The notes under the pieces: model-generated | What the model saw: the letters and a program-made list of their open reading frames with translations, nothing else | Told to the model about the DNA's origin: nothing | The model's database searches: none | Source: Microbotryum violaceum | Lineage: Eukaryota | Assembly (NCBI GenBank): GCA_001244265.2 | Contig: CDLV01000008.1 | Coordinates: forward strand, 558,001-622,000 | DNA length: 64,000 bases | Reading direction: 5' to 3' | In this document: positions 30,374 through 42,247 of the stretch, piece by piece | Numbering within the stretch: the stretch's first letter is position 1 | How the letters are laid out: each line of letters opens with the position of its first letter | Position numbers and translations under genes: made by a program

Positions 30374-30511
30374 CACCTGTGGCTATATACATAAGCACGC
30401 TAAAAAGTGGCGCGCACCGCGCGCCTCCGACCCTCGCTTCCGCGCGACGTAGCCATACATGTTCCCCCCCCTTCAACCCGGGTTGCTGGATGGCCCGAGG
30501 ACTAGCGCAAC
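30374..30511 (+). repeat. Left terminal inverted repeat of the KDZ element
   Basis: Reverse complement of 55163-55301 with scattered mismatches. Confidence 0.92.
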
Positions 30512-31072
30512 ACGGAGGCTGGTGTGGCCTTCAACACGTTCATCTCAGGTACGTGCGAGCTCGTATCGGGGTAATCCAACCTTATAAATGCTGCCATTGC
30601 GTATAAAGCATATTCGGAACACTCATCCTCAATTTCTTCTTTAGATTAGTAGCGAGAAGAAGCTCGATTAGAACATCATTACATCATTACATCATTATAC
30701 CATTAGCGGAGGGGATAAGGTAGCATTGATGGAGGTGATTAAGTCACGTGCCGTCTCACCACGCTGGCAGTAGCGAGCCTGAGCGCGAGCGAGCGATAGC
30801 GTTGCCGCTTGACGCGCCGTTATGGATCACAGTCCTGGTCTTACTACTTTCTGTTCCCTTCCGCTTTCGGTCGTATATCTTGACTCGAAGCCATCCGACC
30901 ATACGATATGTTGCCTCTCCTGTCTGCTCCCAGTAACGCGTCAGCGTTTGCCGCTCCGACCGTGAGACGCGTCCTCGTGTCTTGATTGTTTTGTTATTGT
31001 CTGCTGACCCTACTCCTCATTCCTCGTTGTTACCGCCGAAGATGCTTTGGTGCAATCGACCAGCAGCCCCGA

Positions 31073-32767
31073 ATGGGGTCTGTACTGTCGTCCTCAGCGA
31101 CCGTTCAGACACAACAGCACCACATTTCTGCTTCCAGCATCGCGGAAGATGGACGAAGCACGACGCTCGCCTCAAGGCCGACCACGTCCAACTCGTCCAA
31201 CTCAATGAGTCATCGAATCGAAGAGGTTCAGGATGAGATCCGAGCCCTCCACGATGCCGTTCGAGCGTTGCCTTCGACTTCGCGCCTGTCATCGTCGCAA
31301 AAGGAGACCCACGTGCTCTATAACTTGCAACGTCGCCTCGAAAAGATGCAATACTGTTTGCGGCATGGAGTTCGGGACGACGATCTCGACTCGTACACGC
31401 CCCCTGCGACTCGAAGCAACGACCGAAACGACTGGAATGACTTCAAGACCAGCCGCTTCTTCCGTTGTCTCCTCGAAAAGAACGGACTCGAGGGTAAGTG
31501 TAGCGTCTGCCTTCCTGACTCATCCCGAAACCGTTTACTCTCCATTACAAGACGCTACTCTGACAGACAAATCCATCACTCGGACCCCTACAAAGTCCCG
31601 AAAGACTTCTCTGCGCTACAGGCGATTGGATCACGCTACTGGGAACAAGTCAAAAACTCACCAGAACTCTGGGAACAATGGAAGGAAGCGAGGGCAAGTG
31701 AAGCGCGTGATCGAAAGGAGACCGCTCGGCCCCTCAAGCGATGGCGAATCGATTCTGCTACCATCTCCAAACTGCGGCGCAGATACGAAAATGCGATGAA
31801 CGAGCTGGTCCGTGAAGACTCGGCTCTCCGTTTCCGCCTCCTCAGAGGCCAAGTTCCCCCTGCTGACTTACGTAGCTCGGCACCGAATTAGGTTGAGCAG
31901 TATGCTGAGGGCTACGGCTTCGACGCGTTAGTCATCGTCAGCTCGAACAAGCTCGAGAACAAAAATGATCGTTTTATCGTTTCTACGCTTGGCGGCGCAG
32001 CTTTCATGCGGCGCCAAGGCTGGGATTCTGACCAGCGAAAAGATATTCTAGTCAACTTCACGGATTGCGTTAATAGGACTCGGTTTAATCAGAAGCAAAA
32101 TGAACAATATAAGATGCGGGGTTTGTCAAGCAAGCTTTAGGACGTATTTTGTGCTCGGTGATGGATTGGCGCTGATCCCAAATTCTGATGAGCAGCTAAT
32201 CATGGCGATGTTGACAAGGCGTCTCAACGAGTGCTCTGCGCATGGTATAGCATCATAATCGACGATCACTATAGTGAGCAACCATTCCACGGCTCTGCGC
32301 CCACATTTTGCAGCCTAGTACTGAACATCTGTGGCCGTGCAGATCAAGCGCTCCGTCGTCGCCACCAGAGAAATAGATCTACTCAGCCCTACGTGCTTTC
32401 CAAGCTTACGAGTTATAACCAGGCAACTCTTGCGAAGGATCCAATCGCTCTTATTGTCGAGTTCGGAAATGGTCTTCAAGAGCGTGATTTCTGCAGTCCC
32501 ACAAATGGCAAGAAGCCGACCGTTGCGGATTTGAGAAGAATCATCCCTCTGATGCGACAGGGTGGCCTTACTTTCTCACTCAAAGAGGAGATAGGCCAGG
32601 GCTCTTTTGACGGCACTCGTGCCGAAGGTACTGTGACAACCGGACAGTTGGAAACGGAGCCAGAAGACCAAGTCTCTGGATCTGATTCTGCTTCTGCTTC
32701 TGATCTTGGTTCTGATTCTAATTCTAATTCCGATTCTGATGCTGATTTGGGAGCTGCAACATCCTGA
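31073..32767 (+). CDS. KDZ-associated accessory protein with an HMG-box-like segment and acidic Ser/Asp tail
   Basis: Spliced ORFs 30986-31891, ~31892-32120 and 32231-32767. Motifs RNDWNDF and IGSRYWEQVKNSPELWEQWKEARA resemble HMG helices. The gene lies inside the TIRs. Confidence 0.5.
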
Positions 32768-33136
32768 TTCCGAATCCGACTACATTTCTGTTGTTCAGTA
32801 TATTGTTGGTGCGCCTATCGCGCGTTGAGATAGATGGCCAAACTTTTTTTAGTCGTTGAGGTGATATTGACCTGTGTGTGGCAAGAGGTATTCAACAAGT
32901 TTACACGCATCTTGACCAGCTGATTCGTCCGTTGATCAATTATGCGACGCGATTTTGATCGCAAAGCAAATAGATTTACTGACGCCTAACGTTTCAGACT
33001 TTACTCCGGACATTCAATTCAGGCATTTAATGGATGTCCAATTAAAGCACTCATGCATCCTACCCAATGTCAAACTGCAGTTAAGCTCGCCCCAGAGCTT
33101 GGGGGTGACAACAGCAAAGCACCCAAATTTCTCCGA

Positions 33137-33737
33137 CTACCCCTTCGGACCCCCGAGACGCCGGCGAAGTGAGAGCAGAACCTTCAAGCTGTCGAGAATG
33201 TCCGTAATAACACGCTTCGCGTTGGGTTCTCCAAACGGTGTGCCCGCAGTGAGAATGAAAGCCGAGATTATTCGTTGACGCTGGAACAATAGATATAAAA
33301 CAGAAGCAGGGAACAAGGTAGTTCGGCAGTTCTGACCTGCAGACGCAAGATCGCAAGGTGTCCGAGCTGGCCAGCTGACCATATGTGCCAGGGAAATACG
33401 ACGCTGCATTACGCGTAATCAATGCCTTTTCTGCTGAATTGTCAATGGAAGGGCGCGTAAACTCGGCATCGATATAATGGCAGCTTGGTGCTGAGGCGTC
33501 AATGACTTCGTAGTAGCAAAGCTCGCTGTTGGCCGAGTCGCTTGCATACACTGCAAGCTTTCATATAGGTCCGACGCGCTCGGTGCCGACTACGTATTCA
33601 AGTTGCTTCCCGCCTGGGACAGGCAATGTGCCAGGTGGCCAGTATATCTTGTCTCGTGCAAATACTCGATGACCTTGACCTTTGTGTCCTGCAGAGAGAA
33701 TCGCTGATTGTAACTTGTCGTGATTCGCTGAGGGCAT
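33137..33737 (-). CDS. Small spliced hypothetical protein inside the KDZ element
   Basis: ATG at 33737 (MPSANHDKLQ) and consecutive minus-strand ORF segments 33561-33884, 33081-33551 and 33137-33409. No recognisable family. Confidence 0.35.
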
Positions 33738-33910
33738 CGGATCGGATCGGCTGTGACGCGCTCGGTGTCGGTGATGCTGTGAGAGGAGAGCGCGCGCGCT
33801 CGGTGACGTGAGGTGACGCGAGGCGCGACGTGTACCCCGGGGGTACACATTGGGACACTGCTCTTTCCCTCTCACCGATCTCACCCCTCACCCCCACTCC
33901 AAGTTCCAAC

Positions 33911-35353
33911 ATGGCACCACGCGCCACCGAGGGCGAGCGCGCCTGGCTCGACATCGACTCGCATCTCATCCGTGACGAGTCCGGCCAATGGCGTGTCCGT
34001 TGTGAACTTTGCAACAAACACTACAAGCTGCCTGGAGGGTACAGGTCACTCGACGGACCAACTGTAGCACCGGAACATGCACATGAGGCCAAACGAAACC
34101 TAAAAAAAAAATCATTCGTATACACAAGCGCGCGTTCAATTCGTCTACGGTCGACAGTCGGTACAGATGCAACGAGGCGGCGTTTGAGCTGATCGGTACC
34201 GACCGTGAGGTCCAAGCAGTGAGTGCTAGACAGCTTTCCCAGGAGATCAGAAACAAACTATGTGGAGTTCGGCTAAACCTTTGTTGATGTACTTGTCTGA
34301 TCTGATTAGGGTTTTGGCCACCTAAAGAAAAGATACCGCCGGCAGTTGCAGGCCAAGCTTGACATGTTGGAGGCGCCGGGGAAGCGGACCGTGCGAGGCA
34401 CGACGAGTGGGCGGCGGAAAGGGCGCGTCGGCTGGTGATGGAACCCAAAGACATCATGACTCAAGACCCAATCCCGAGGACGTCGAAATTTTGACTATGA
34501 GGTCCGGGAGGAGATCGACTACGTTATGTGGCCTGTTTGGGATGAATGGGCAGGGTACAAAGGGAATGGACGTCTGCCTCGGAGCCTGTTGACCGTGCTC
34601 ATCCATTGGAGGAACGTGTTGTTCGATGCATACGATAACCAGAAGCGAAAGAGAGGTGGAGGGAGTGCGAGAGTTTTGAAGGAGTATAGGACCCGCATCC
34701 AAGACTTCGACGATATCCTCGCGCGCATCTTCACCGTCCCCGTCGACATTGCCGCCGAACATGAGGAATTGCGCCTATTCAGAGAAATCCTTTCACCCCT
34801 GTACCAAGAGTGCCAACGCCCCCTCCCTGAGGACGATGTAAGAACCGACGAGGACCAGGACGGGGAGTGACCGCCTTTTAAGATGGATCCGAAAGGTGTA
34901 CCGCCCTTTTCTCGGGAAACGTGTCCCGGACGATTACCGGGATCAGTTAGAAAGCGAACATCGCACCTGGCAAGCAGCGCTCAGACCATTTGCAACGACG
35001 GTGCTCGTCCACGTTCCCGAACCTCCCAAGCCGCCCACCGATGCGGACCTCGAGCCCGAAAGGAAGAAGATCTGGGACTCCTGGATTGTTGAGTGTGCCC
35101 ACATGTGGTTGGCGCTGTCGAGCAAACAGAGGGACGCGTATTGTTGGATGCGCAAGAAGGGGTCCGGCGGAGAGGGCGCCGCGTCGACCTCGGGGCACGA
35201 GAGGAGGACGCGATATCGGAACACAGCTCGGCGACCGGCCAACATTCCGACCACGGATCGGCAGCCGGTTCGGAGGCCGAAAGCAACCTCTCCACCCTCT
35301 CCGAGCTGACCAGTCTGAGCGAGCTGGAGCGCGGCCTGGATACTGGGACATGA
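33911..35353 (+). CDS. KDZ-associated hypothetical gene or pseudogene with an N-terminal CxxC zinc-finger-like motif and C-terminal HMG-like helix
   Basis: MAPRATEGERAW...VRCELCNKHY at the start and IVECAHMWLALSSKQRDAY later. Several frame breaks could be introns or decay. Confidence 0.4.
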
Positions 35354-35756
35354 GGCACCATGAGTGTCAATTCAACGGTTAGGCGATGACCATCCCGAGT
35401 TTTCCGTGAGCGTGTGTAGCTGTCTAGCTTGTATGTTGTGTTAATGGAGATCCTGCTCTGCAATCATGATTCACTCCGAGGTACAACGCACTCCGAAGGC
35501 GGAAATTCTAGTTCAATCTTAAACCTTAGGGCAGGGCGTAGATACACTACAACAGAGTCCTGCGCCTTCGGAAACGAGGAAGCGGTATGCGACGACATGC
35601 TTCATCAATTCTTGGACACTCTTAACAAGCACTGTACAACCGGCGTGGCGATGTGTACCCGCCGGAGGTACACACGACCGGTGCCCTCTCCAGCTGTGTA
35701 CCCCTGGGGTTCCACGGCTCAGGCGCGGTCCGTCGCCGCCGACGGCCTTGCTGACT

Positions 35757-36195
35757 GCACTACAACAAACTCCCACGCCCCCGTTCAGAGCTCAGGATGT
35801 GTCTGCAGTTACTGAATGGAACACCCTCCTGCGACGAAACCGACGAAATATTCGTTTGCTACATCCGACTTGCACTCTGAAAAGCCCGCAAGGCCCATGC
35901 ACTTCTCTAACTGAATCTCCGTTCGAACCACCGAGCAGAGCGAAACTGCACTAGAACAATCTTCCACGCACCCAATCGAAGCTCAGGATGTGTCTGCAGT
36001 TACTGAACGGGATACCCTCCTGCGACAAGACCGACGAAAGATTCGTTTGCTACATCCGACTTGCACTCTGAAAAGCCCGCAAGGCCAACGCACTCCCTAA
36101 CTGAATCTCCGTTCGAACTACCGAGCAGAGCGAAACTGCACTACAACAAACTTCCACGCTCCCGCTCAAAGCACAGGATGTGTCTGAAGTTACCG
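35757..36195. repeat. ~190-bp tandem repeat, ~2.3 copies
   Basis: CAGGATGTGTCTG recurs at 35793, 35984 and 36174, with the intervening sequence conserved. Confidence 0.9.
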
Positions 36196-36269
36196 AAAGG
36201 ATTAACCGCCTGCCGTTGTAGAATCGGACATGTTATTATACAGTGATCTGCCACCGGTGACCGGCTTGG

Positions 36270-36488
36270 CACCCCCGGGGGTACACAAGGCGCAAGCGGG
36301 AAAGCGCCTGTGTACTCCCGGGGGACCCCGCTTGCGCCTTGTGTACCCCGGGAGTGATCACACCCTGCGCGCCGAATGACTGTGTACCCCGGGAGTACAC
36401 AGCTTTGTCGACGGCACAGGCCGGGTCCCCGGGGTTACACTCTTGTCGCGCGCCGACTCTGTGTATGTGTACCCCCGGGAGTACACAG
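36270..36488. repeat. Cluster of palindromic TGTGTACCCCGGGRGTACACA motifs
   Basis: Variants at ~36271, 36309, 36340, 36381, 36423 and 36467; also at 33830, 35652 and 35695. Confidence 0.88.
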
Positions 36489-37017
36489 CCCCTACAAGGT
36501 CCTTGGCCGATGGACCAATATCCCTGCTCACTCGACTACATAAACTATCACGTCAACGGAGTAGGTATGCGGTGACGTATTTCATTGATTTTTGCTGACA
36601 TATTATCGCAAGCACTGTACAACGGAGCGCCGTTGGACGCGTCTGGACCCACTTCGGGGTGCTGTTGGAACAGAACAACTACAGCAACACCAATCCTCAC
36701 CGCCCCCGCCCCCTCTGGCAACGTTCCCAAACCTGAACCTGAAAATGTCAGCACCGATGCGCACCAATTTTAGTTTTCAACTTAGCAGAACCTTCAAGCT
36801 TGTCACGTACTGCTGCAGTTCGGTGAGTGGGGCCGTGGCGACCGGCTCGTGGGATCGTGGTCGTCAACGCGTCAACGCCTCATTAAGGCTGACATCCATT
36901 TTACTTTTGTGCACTGGCGTCCACATTCTACCATGTGTGATATGGGCCGCATACAAAAAGCAAAGTACTTCAATAACAAATAATCTACAGTCAACAAATG
37001 CGCCAAACCATCCCTAG

Positions 37018-40000
37018 CTAGCCCATGGGCTCGTCGAGAATCTCGAGGTCGTCCGAGTCTTCACCCCTTGTCGAGCCTGACTCTCCGCCGCCCTCCCCGA
37101 GCTCAGCATCATCTTCTTCCTCGACCTCCTGCTCCGATAGTGAACCCAAAAGTTCTTCCATTCGTCTTTCATACACGTCATCACGGTCTCGCTCGGCCTG
37201 CTCCGCGGCTGGATCGGGGGTCAGGCCAAGTTCCCTTCGGAATGCATCGAGGTCGATGGGTGTGTGGCGCACGTCCACGGCAGAAGGACCTGATAAGCTG
37301 CGGCTCGACTCAGCGATGGGGCTCTGCATTTGAGTATTATTTAGCGTCGAAAGGCGGCGACCGAAATGACGTGGACTGCCGCGCGAACGGCGCGACACCT
37401 GTTTCGCCCGTCCGGCGAAAAGTCCCCCGATCAAACCAAATGCCGAGGGCCGCGATTCATGAACTGCGGGTGAACGCGTTCTAAGCCAGACAACCGAGAG
37501 ATCATCGCGTTCGGCGAGCCGATCCAGACGCTCTTTGAACGAAATCTGCCGGCGTTGAAGCACATGCCACACCGCAGTGCCAATCTCGCCCGCGCCGTCA
37601 GTTCCGAGAAGTTTCTTAGCCGCTTCGATCGTTTCTTCGGGAACTAATAGAAGGGGCGACGTAAGGTACAGCACCAACACAAAGAAAGGGTGTGTCCATC
37701 TCACCTCGGTCCTCTGCCCATGCCTGAGATACCCTAACAAAGCGAGTGTCCTCATCTTCGAGCCACGCAAGTAGTTGTCGAACCTCAGCTCCGATCCGGA
37801 GAATCTCTTCTTCCGCCCTGGCTTTGAGTAAAACCGCCTTGATCCCTTTCTGAACATCGGTATCAATCGCCCAAGGCGCAGTGTCGTATACGAAAAAACC
37901 GTCTTGCCAGAAAGCGTCCGTTGGCGACAGAGTCACAAGCGACTTAATTGTGGTAGCGAGCGGTAAGTTGTCCAGAATCTGGGCCGATTGCTCGGTCGCA
38001 GCATTTCGGTAATCCCCGACCGCTTTATTGTACATATCGATTGCCACTTTTACTTTCTTGCTGTGCGTCTGTGAGACGCTGACAAGCTTGCTGGCTTCGA
38101 CTTGACCGATTGTCGCGCCGCTTCGTCCCCGACCCATTGAGTCAATTCGTTCTTGACAGCATTGCAATTGGACCGTCGCTTTGTGCAATGCGCGAAGTTT
38201 GACTACGCAGTTGCACAAATGCTGGAAATCTAGGTATGTCATGGGACATCAAACATCAGGTGGCGATACTCATAAAGATAGGACGCGCGCCGCACCTGAA
38301 GCTGCAAGCTCCTTCGTGCGATCGTATTCTTGTTGGTAAGCTCTTAGCTGTTGCTGCAAGCGAGCCTTCGCTTCATCGGAAGCCATTGGATCAAATCTGA
38401 ACACACAATGCCAAGACACAGTGTCAATTTTACGCCCTCGTCCTCCAATGGGGTTTGACGCGCCGAACGTACAGCCTTTCTTCCACGTGGTGTAGCCTCT
38501 GTACAATTTTAAACAGCTCTAATCGCTCCTTGTCCTCGTTCTCCCGACATTGACCCGCCGTTGTAGCCGCTTGAGCAGCTCGTTGTAAATCCCATTGCGC
38601 GAGAAGGTCAGACTCGGACCATATTGCCGAAACGTCACTCAGATCAGTTTGTGCCCTTCCAAGCTGATCTTGAGCATTCGACAGTCGTCTGCGGAGCCAA
38701 CGGCCTAGAATGGACGATGAATGAAGGGACCGCACAATTAAGTAACGAACACGGCGTGAAAGTGTGGATGGCAGAGCATACCGAGGCTGTCAACACCGTT
38801 CTTGTTCATCAGGTCGATGCGACGCGAGATGTTGACGCGCCGGTGAGAAGCGCTCGCAGGACGATTGATCGGGATGAGCGATCGGAGCTGACTCCAAACG
38901 CGTTCGCATCCCTCCCCATCCGTCAACCCAAAGTGCTGAATCAGGCGCGGGTTGTACTCAAGCTGGCAGGGCCATTGATGAGCAAAAGCATGAAACACGC
39001 TCGTGGCAAACTTCAATCTCGGAAACAGATCGGGAAGGATACTTCTCTGCAGGCGATCGAAGTACAGTACAGGTCAGCGGCGCCCGAGGGCCAGAAATCT
39101 GAGAAACGACGGATCCGCCACTCTTGCTGACCGATTGCATGTAGCCGTCCAAATTACACGCAACATCATACAGCACTCCGAGTGTATCGTTGGAAGGGAG
39201 TTGGTTCGAAATATGTTGCAGCAGCGATAAGCCGTAGTAGCGCCTGCCTCATCAAAATCGAGCGTCAGGCCTTGTAAGCGGTTGAAAGAGGAGCTGAGCT
39301 GACGAACTTTTCGCCTGATTGATACAAATTGACCATCTTCAACGCGATATCGTGACGGCAAACACAGGCAACTAGGCCCGTATCGGACTTGCCCCGCGAG
39401 ATTTGTGTCGCACCGCCGTTGGCCGCTTTCCACGAATCGGCACAGGCCTTCAAGACGCGAGAGGAAGGGCGTCAGCGCGTTGAAAGGATCGCAGGGGGCG
39501 GCTCGGATCAGCGGACCTTTTCTGACTTCTTGCTGTCGCCACCATCACAGATCTCCTTCATCGAATCAAGCTCGCCTTCGCCGATGAAGAGGGCTGGCGT
39601 CGACTCCTGAAAATCGTATTTGGCTGAGGTGTCGCGAGAATGTTAGAAGTTGCCATCCAGAGCGACAAGATGCTGCACTTCGACTCTATGGTGGGCTTGA
39701 TTTAGACGCGTCGATCCGTAGCATGCTGGACACTTATCCGAGAGAGAACCCGCGACACCGAGGACGAGGTCGCCCAATTCTCGCTCGGATGTCGTGAGAG
39801 CCCGAAATTCGTCAAGGGCGCGCTGGAGTTGCTTTCGCAGCTCCTTGTCCTGCGCGAACGATGATAAATATCAGATAATGATCAATAGCAACCATGACAG
39901 GGGGTCGAGCTCACGAATTTATGCTGACTCAGGCCCGGCCGACCCCATCCAGTTTGCTCGTAGAAAATGTCGAGCCCGCGAGCTGCTCCATCAACAGGAA

Positions 40001-40930
40001 ACGGCGCGGTGCTCCACCAGGAGTCGAGGAATTGTACAAGTCGAAAGGTGAAGGCAGAGCGAGGAGCAGCTGCGGTCGATCCGATCAATCCGATCTGAGC
40101 AAGGTGCTCGGCGTACGTAAGGCATGGGCTATCGCTGCTGGATCTCGGACAAAAAGCGATCGGTACCTCGACCACTGCATCCATTCGACCTTGTCAGCGC
40201 GTTATTCGACACAGTGACCCAACTTGCCTTATTCACATACAGCTTATGAGGTCGTACACGTCAAGCAGTAATGTGAGGGGGCTCTCGCATGAACAAGGCG
40301 GCGGCACTTCGCTAGCGACCGAACCCTGGCACAGCTCCTCGTCCACGTCAATCAAGGGCCGTAGATGACCTTTGACCCCAGCGCAAAACGCGATATACTG
40401 GCGCAGAAGCGCTGGCCGTTCCAAGCGCGACGAGAGTCGTTGAACACGAACTGCTTGTACGTTTCTTGCTTCGACTGACCACGTGTGGCTGGTTCGAAAC
40501 TTTCGTCTTGGCGCAGATCAGCCAGTGATAATCGCTCGGCGGTTGCACTATAGTCAGGCGCGATTGGTATATGGGATGTTCGATCCGGAAAGTATGGGGC
40601 CGGACTAAAGTCGCGTTCATAGCCACCACCGTACTCGCTGTGGCGTTCATCATCCCAATCCATCCCACTCGGGTTGGCGGCTTCGTCGAAATCGGCCTGA
40701 ATCGGAGGGGCCATTGGAGGCCGAGGAGACGGCGAGCTAGCTTCGCCACGAGCATGTTCATCAAAGGTTCTTTGCTGAATTTGGCGCGCAGTGTACGTAA
40801 CCATGTGCCGGGTTCCGGGGATGTTGGTGCGGAGTTGAGGGTCCGAACGAAGGCGTCGGGGCTTATAGTCAGGATGTCCCTCGAAGTAGTCAGGTCGGAA
40901 CTTGAAGCGATTCCATTTATGCCTGCCCAT
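37018..40930 (-). pseudogene. KDZ transposase with an N-terminal CxC domain; premature stop and frameshift
   Basis: Motifs CPACYG, LVALDGNF, GLVACVCRHD, LYDVAC, SVFHAFAHQWPCQLEYNPR and GLTDGEGCERVWS are diagnostic KDZ transposase motifs. The CxC region has PCSC...FC...GLIGSTAAAPRSAF. TAA at 39643-39645 follows DGNF, and a frameshift lies near 40420. Confidence 0.9.
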
Positions 40931-41020
40931 TGTCTGATGCAAATTCGAGAATGTATTACTGTGTGTTACAATAGTTGGTGCTCGTCTTAGAACTGAGGCG
41001 GGTCTGATTTGGCGCTGAGC

Positions 41021-41851
41021 GGGGGCTCGACGCATAACGGGCCGGGCAGTGCTGGGTGGCGTGCGAGGTGCTCGCGCAGGACTTGCACGCCGGGGCGACG
41101 GGGCAATCCTTACGGACGTGAGCCGCGGAACGGCAGAAGACGCAGTGGCGCATGCCACCGGTGATCCTCAGTGGGATTCGCTCAGTGACACCGTCACGAG
41201 CAATAGAAAGTGAGGCAGGGGGCAAAACATCTACATCCTTAAGGGAAAGGATAAAGTCGTACACCCCAGAGATGTGTTTCGTCTTTCCAATGTATTGGAT
41301 GCGACGACGGAGGACCGTGCCGTAAGCAGCGATCTGCTCATCGAATAGGCAGAGGCCCTCGGGGTCGGAGAAAAAGCCCGTAAGGGTGCATTGTACAACA
41401 CCTCCTCTAGTAGAGCTGTACAGCTTCTCGACTTTGCACAGAGTCTTGCCAACAGTGAGGCCGTTGGCCACCAGGGTGTCGAGATCGGCGGCCTTGGGAA
41501 AGCGGAGGCCGCGCTGACCCTTGATGACGCATGGCATTGCGCCGGTAAGGCCAGGGTAGTATTTGTCAAGCGCGAGGAGGACTTGCTCGACCGAGGTTGA
41601 GGGTGGGGTGTTGATGATGACACAATTCTCGATGTTGTGCATCAGTGGATGGGCGGCGACGGCAGTCGAGGCGTTGGCGGTGGCGTTTCCGTGCTTCGCA
41701 GCGGAGCGGGCGCCGACCGCGGCGGAGTATGATTTGGTGGTGGTGGCGGGGGCTTGGCCGGGAGGATCGGGAGGGTCAGGGCGAAGAGGTGGTATAGCAG
41801 CATGGCTGGCGTTGTTGGTGTTGTTGTTGTTGTCCATCCAATAGGAGTTTC
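41021..41851 (-). mobile_element. 5' half of an L1-clade LINE (5' end plus ORF1 with two CCHC knuckles), broken at a C5 run
   Basis: Matches 55389-56231 apart from a 12-bp Asn-repeat difference. Contains CVFCRSAAHVRKDC and CKSCASTSHATQHC. Confidence 0.95.
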
Positions 41852-42247
41852 TTCGTTACGTCGGTGTGGTTTGGGAGCGCGTGCAGCCAAAAGATAGATT
41901 AGTACCGAATAGAAAAGTCGATCGGGTTCGATCCCATTGAAAACTCTGCCGGACCAGTCGACGACTAGAAATGTCTAGAGTGATGCTCCATTATCAAGAC
42001 CTTCCAAAGACAATATCCCCCATCGGTACTTTGCAGCATGACACATCAACTTTGCTCGGTGCTACCCATTTCAGGACACGTAGGACCCGCGCGCCGACCC
42101 CCCCCGGCGCGCGGATCCGATTCGGGTACCCATTGGGCCCGGAGAAGCTGGAGAAGCAGCCTTTCGGTTTCTACTCCATTCCTGCTCCGCGACCGTCTTG
42201 GTTACAGTCCACGGGGTTCGCTCCTCGCTCAGAGTGCAGCGCGGATC

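Noticed and set aside
30374..30511. 5S rRNA or SINE-like sequence
   Set aside because: No convincing 5S internal control boxes. It is explained as a TIR by the inverted partner at 55163-55301.
30986..36000. TET/JBP dioxygenase expected next to a KDZ transposase
   Set aside because: I could not find an HxD...H...R double-stranded beta-helix pattern in the ORFs. A profile search is needed to exclude it fully.
36270..36488. CRISPR-like array
   Set aside because: The context is eukaryotic, the repeats are degenerate, spacing is irregular and there are no cas genes. Reported as a palindrome cluster instead.
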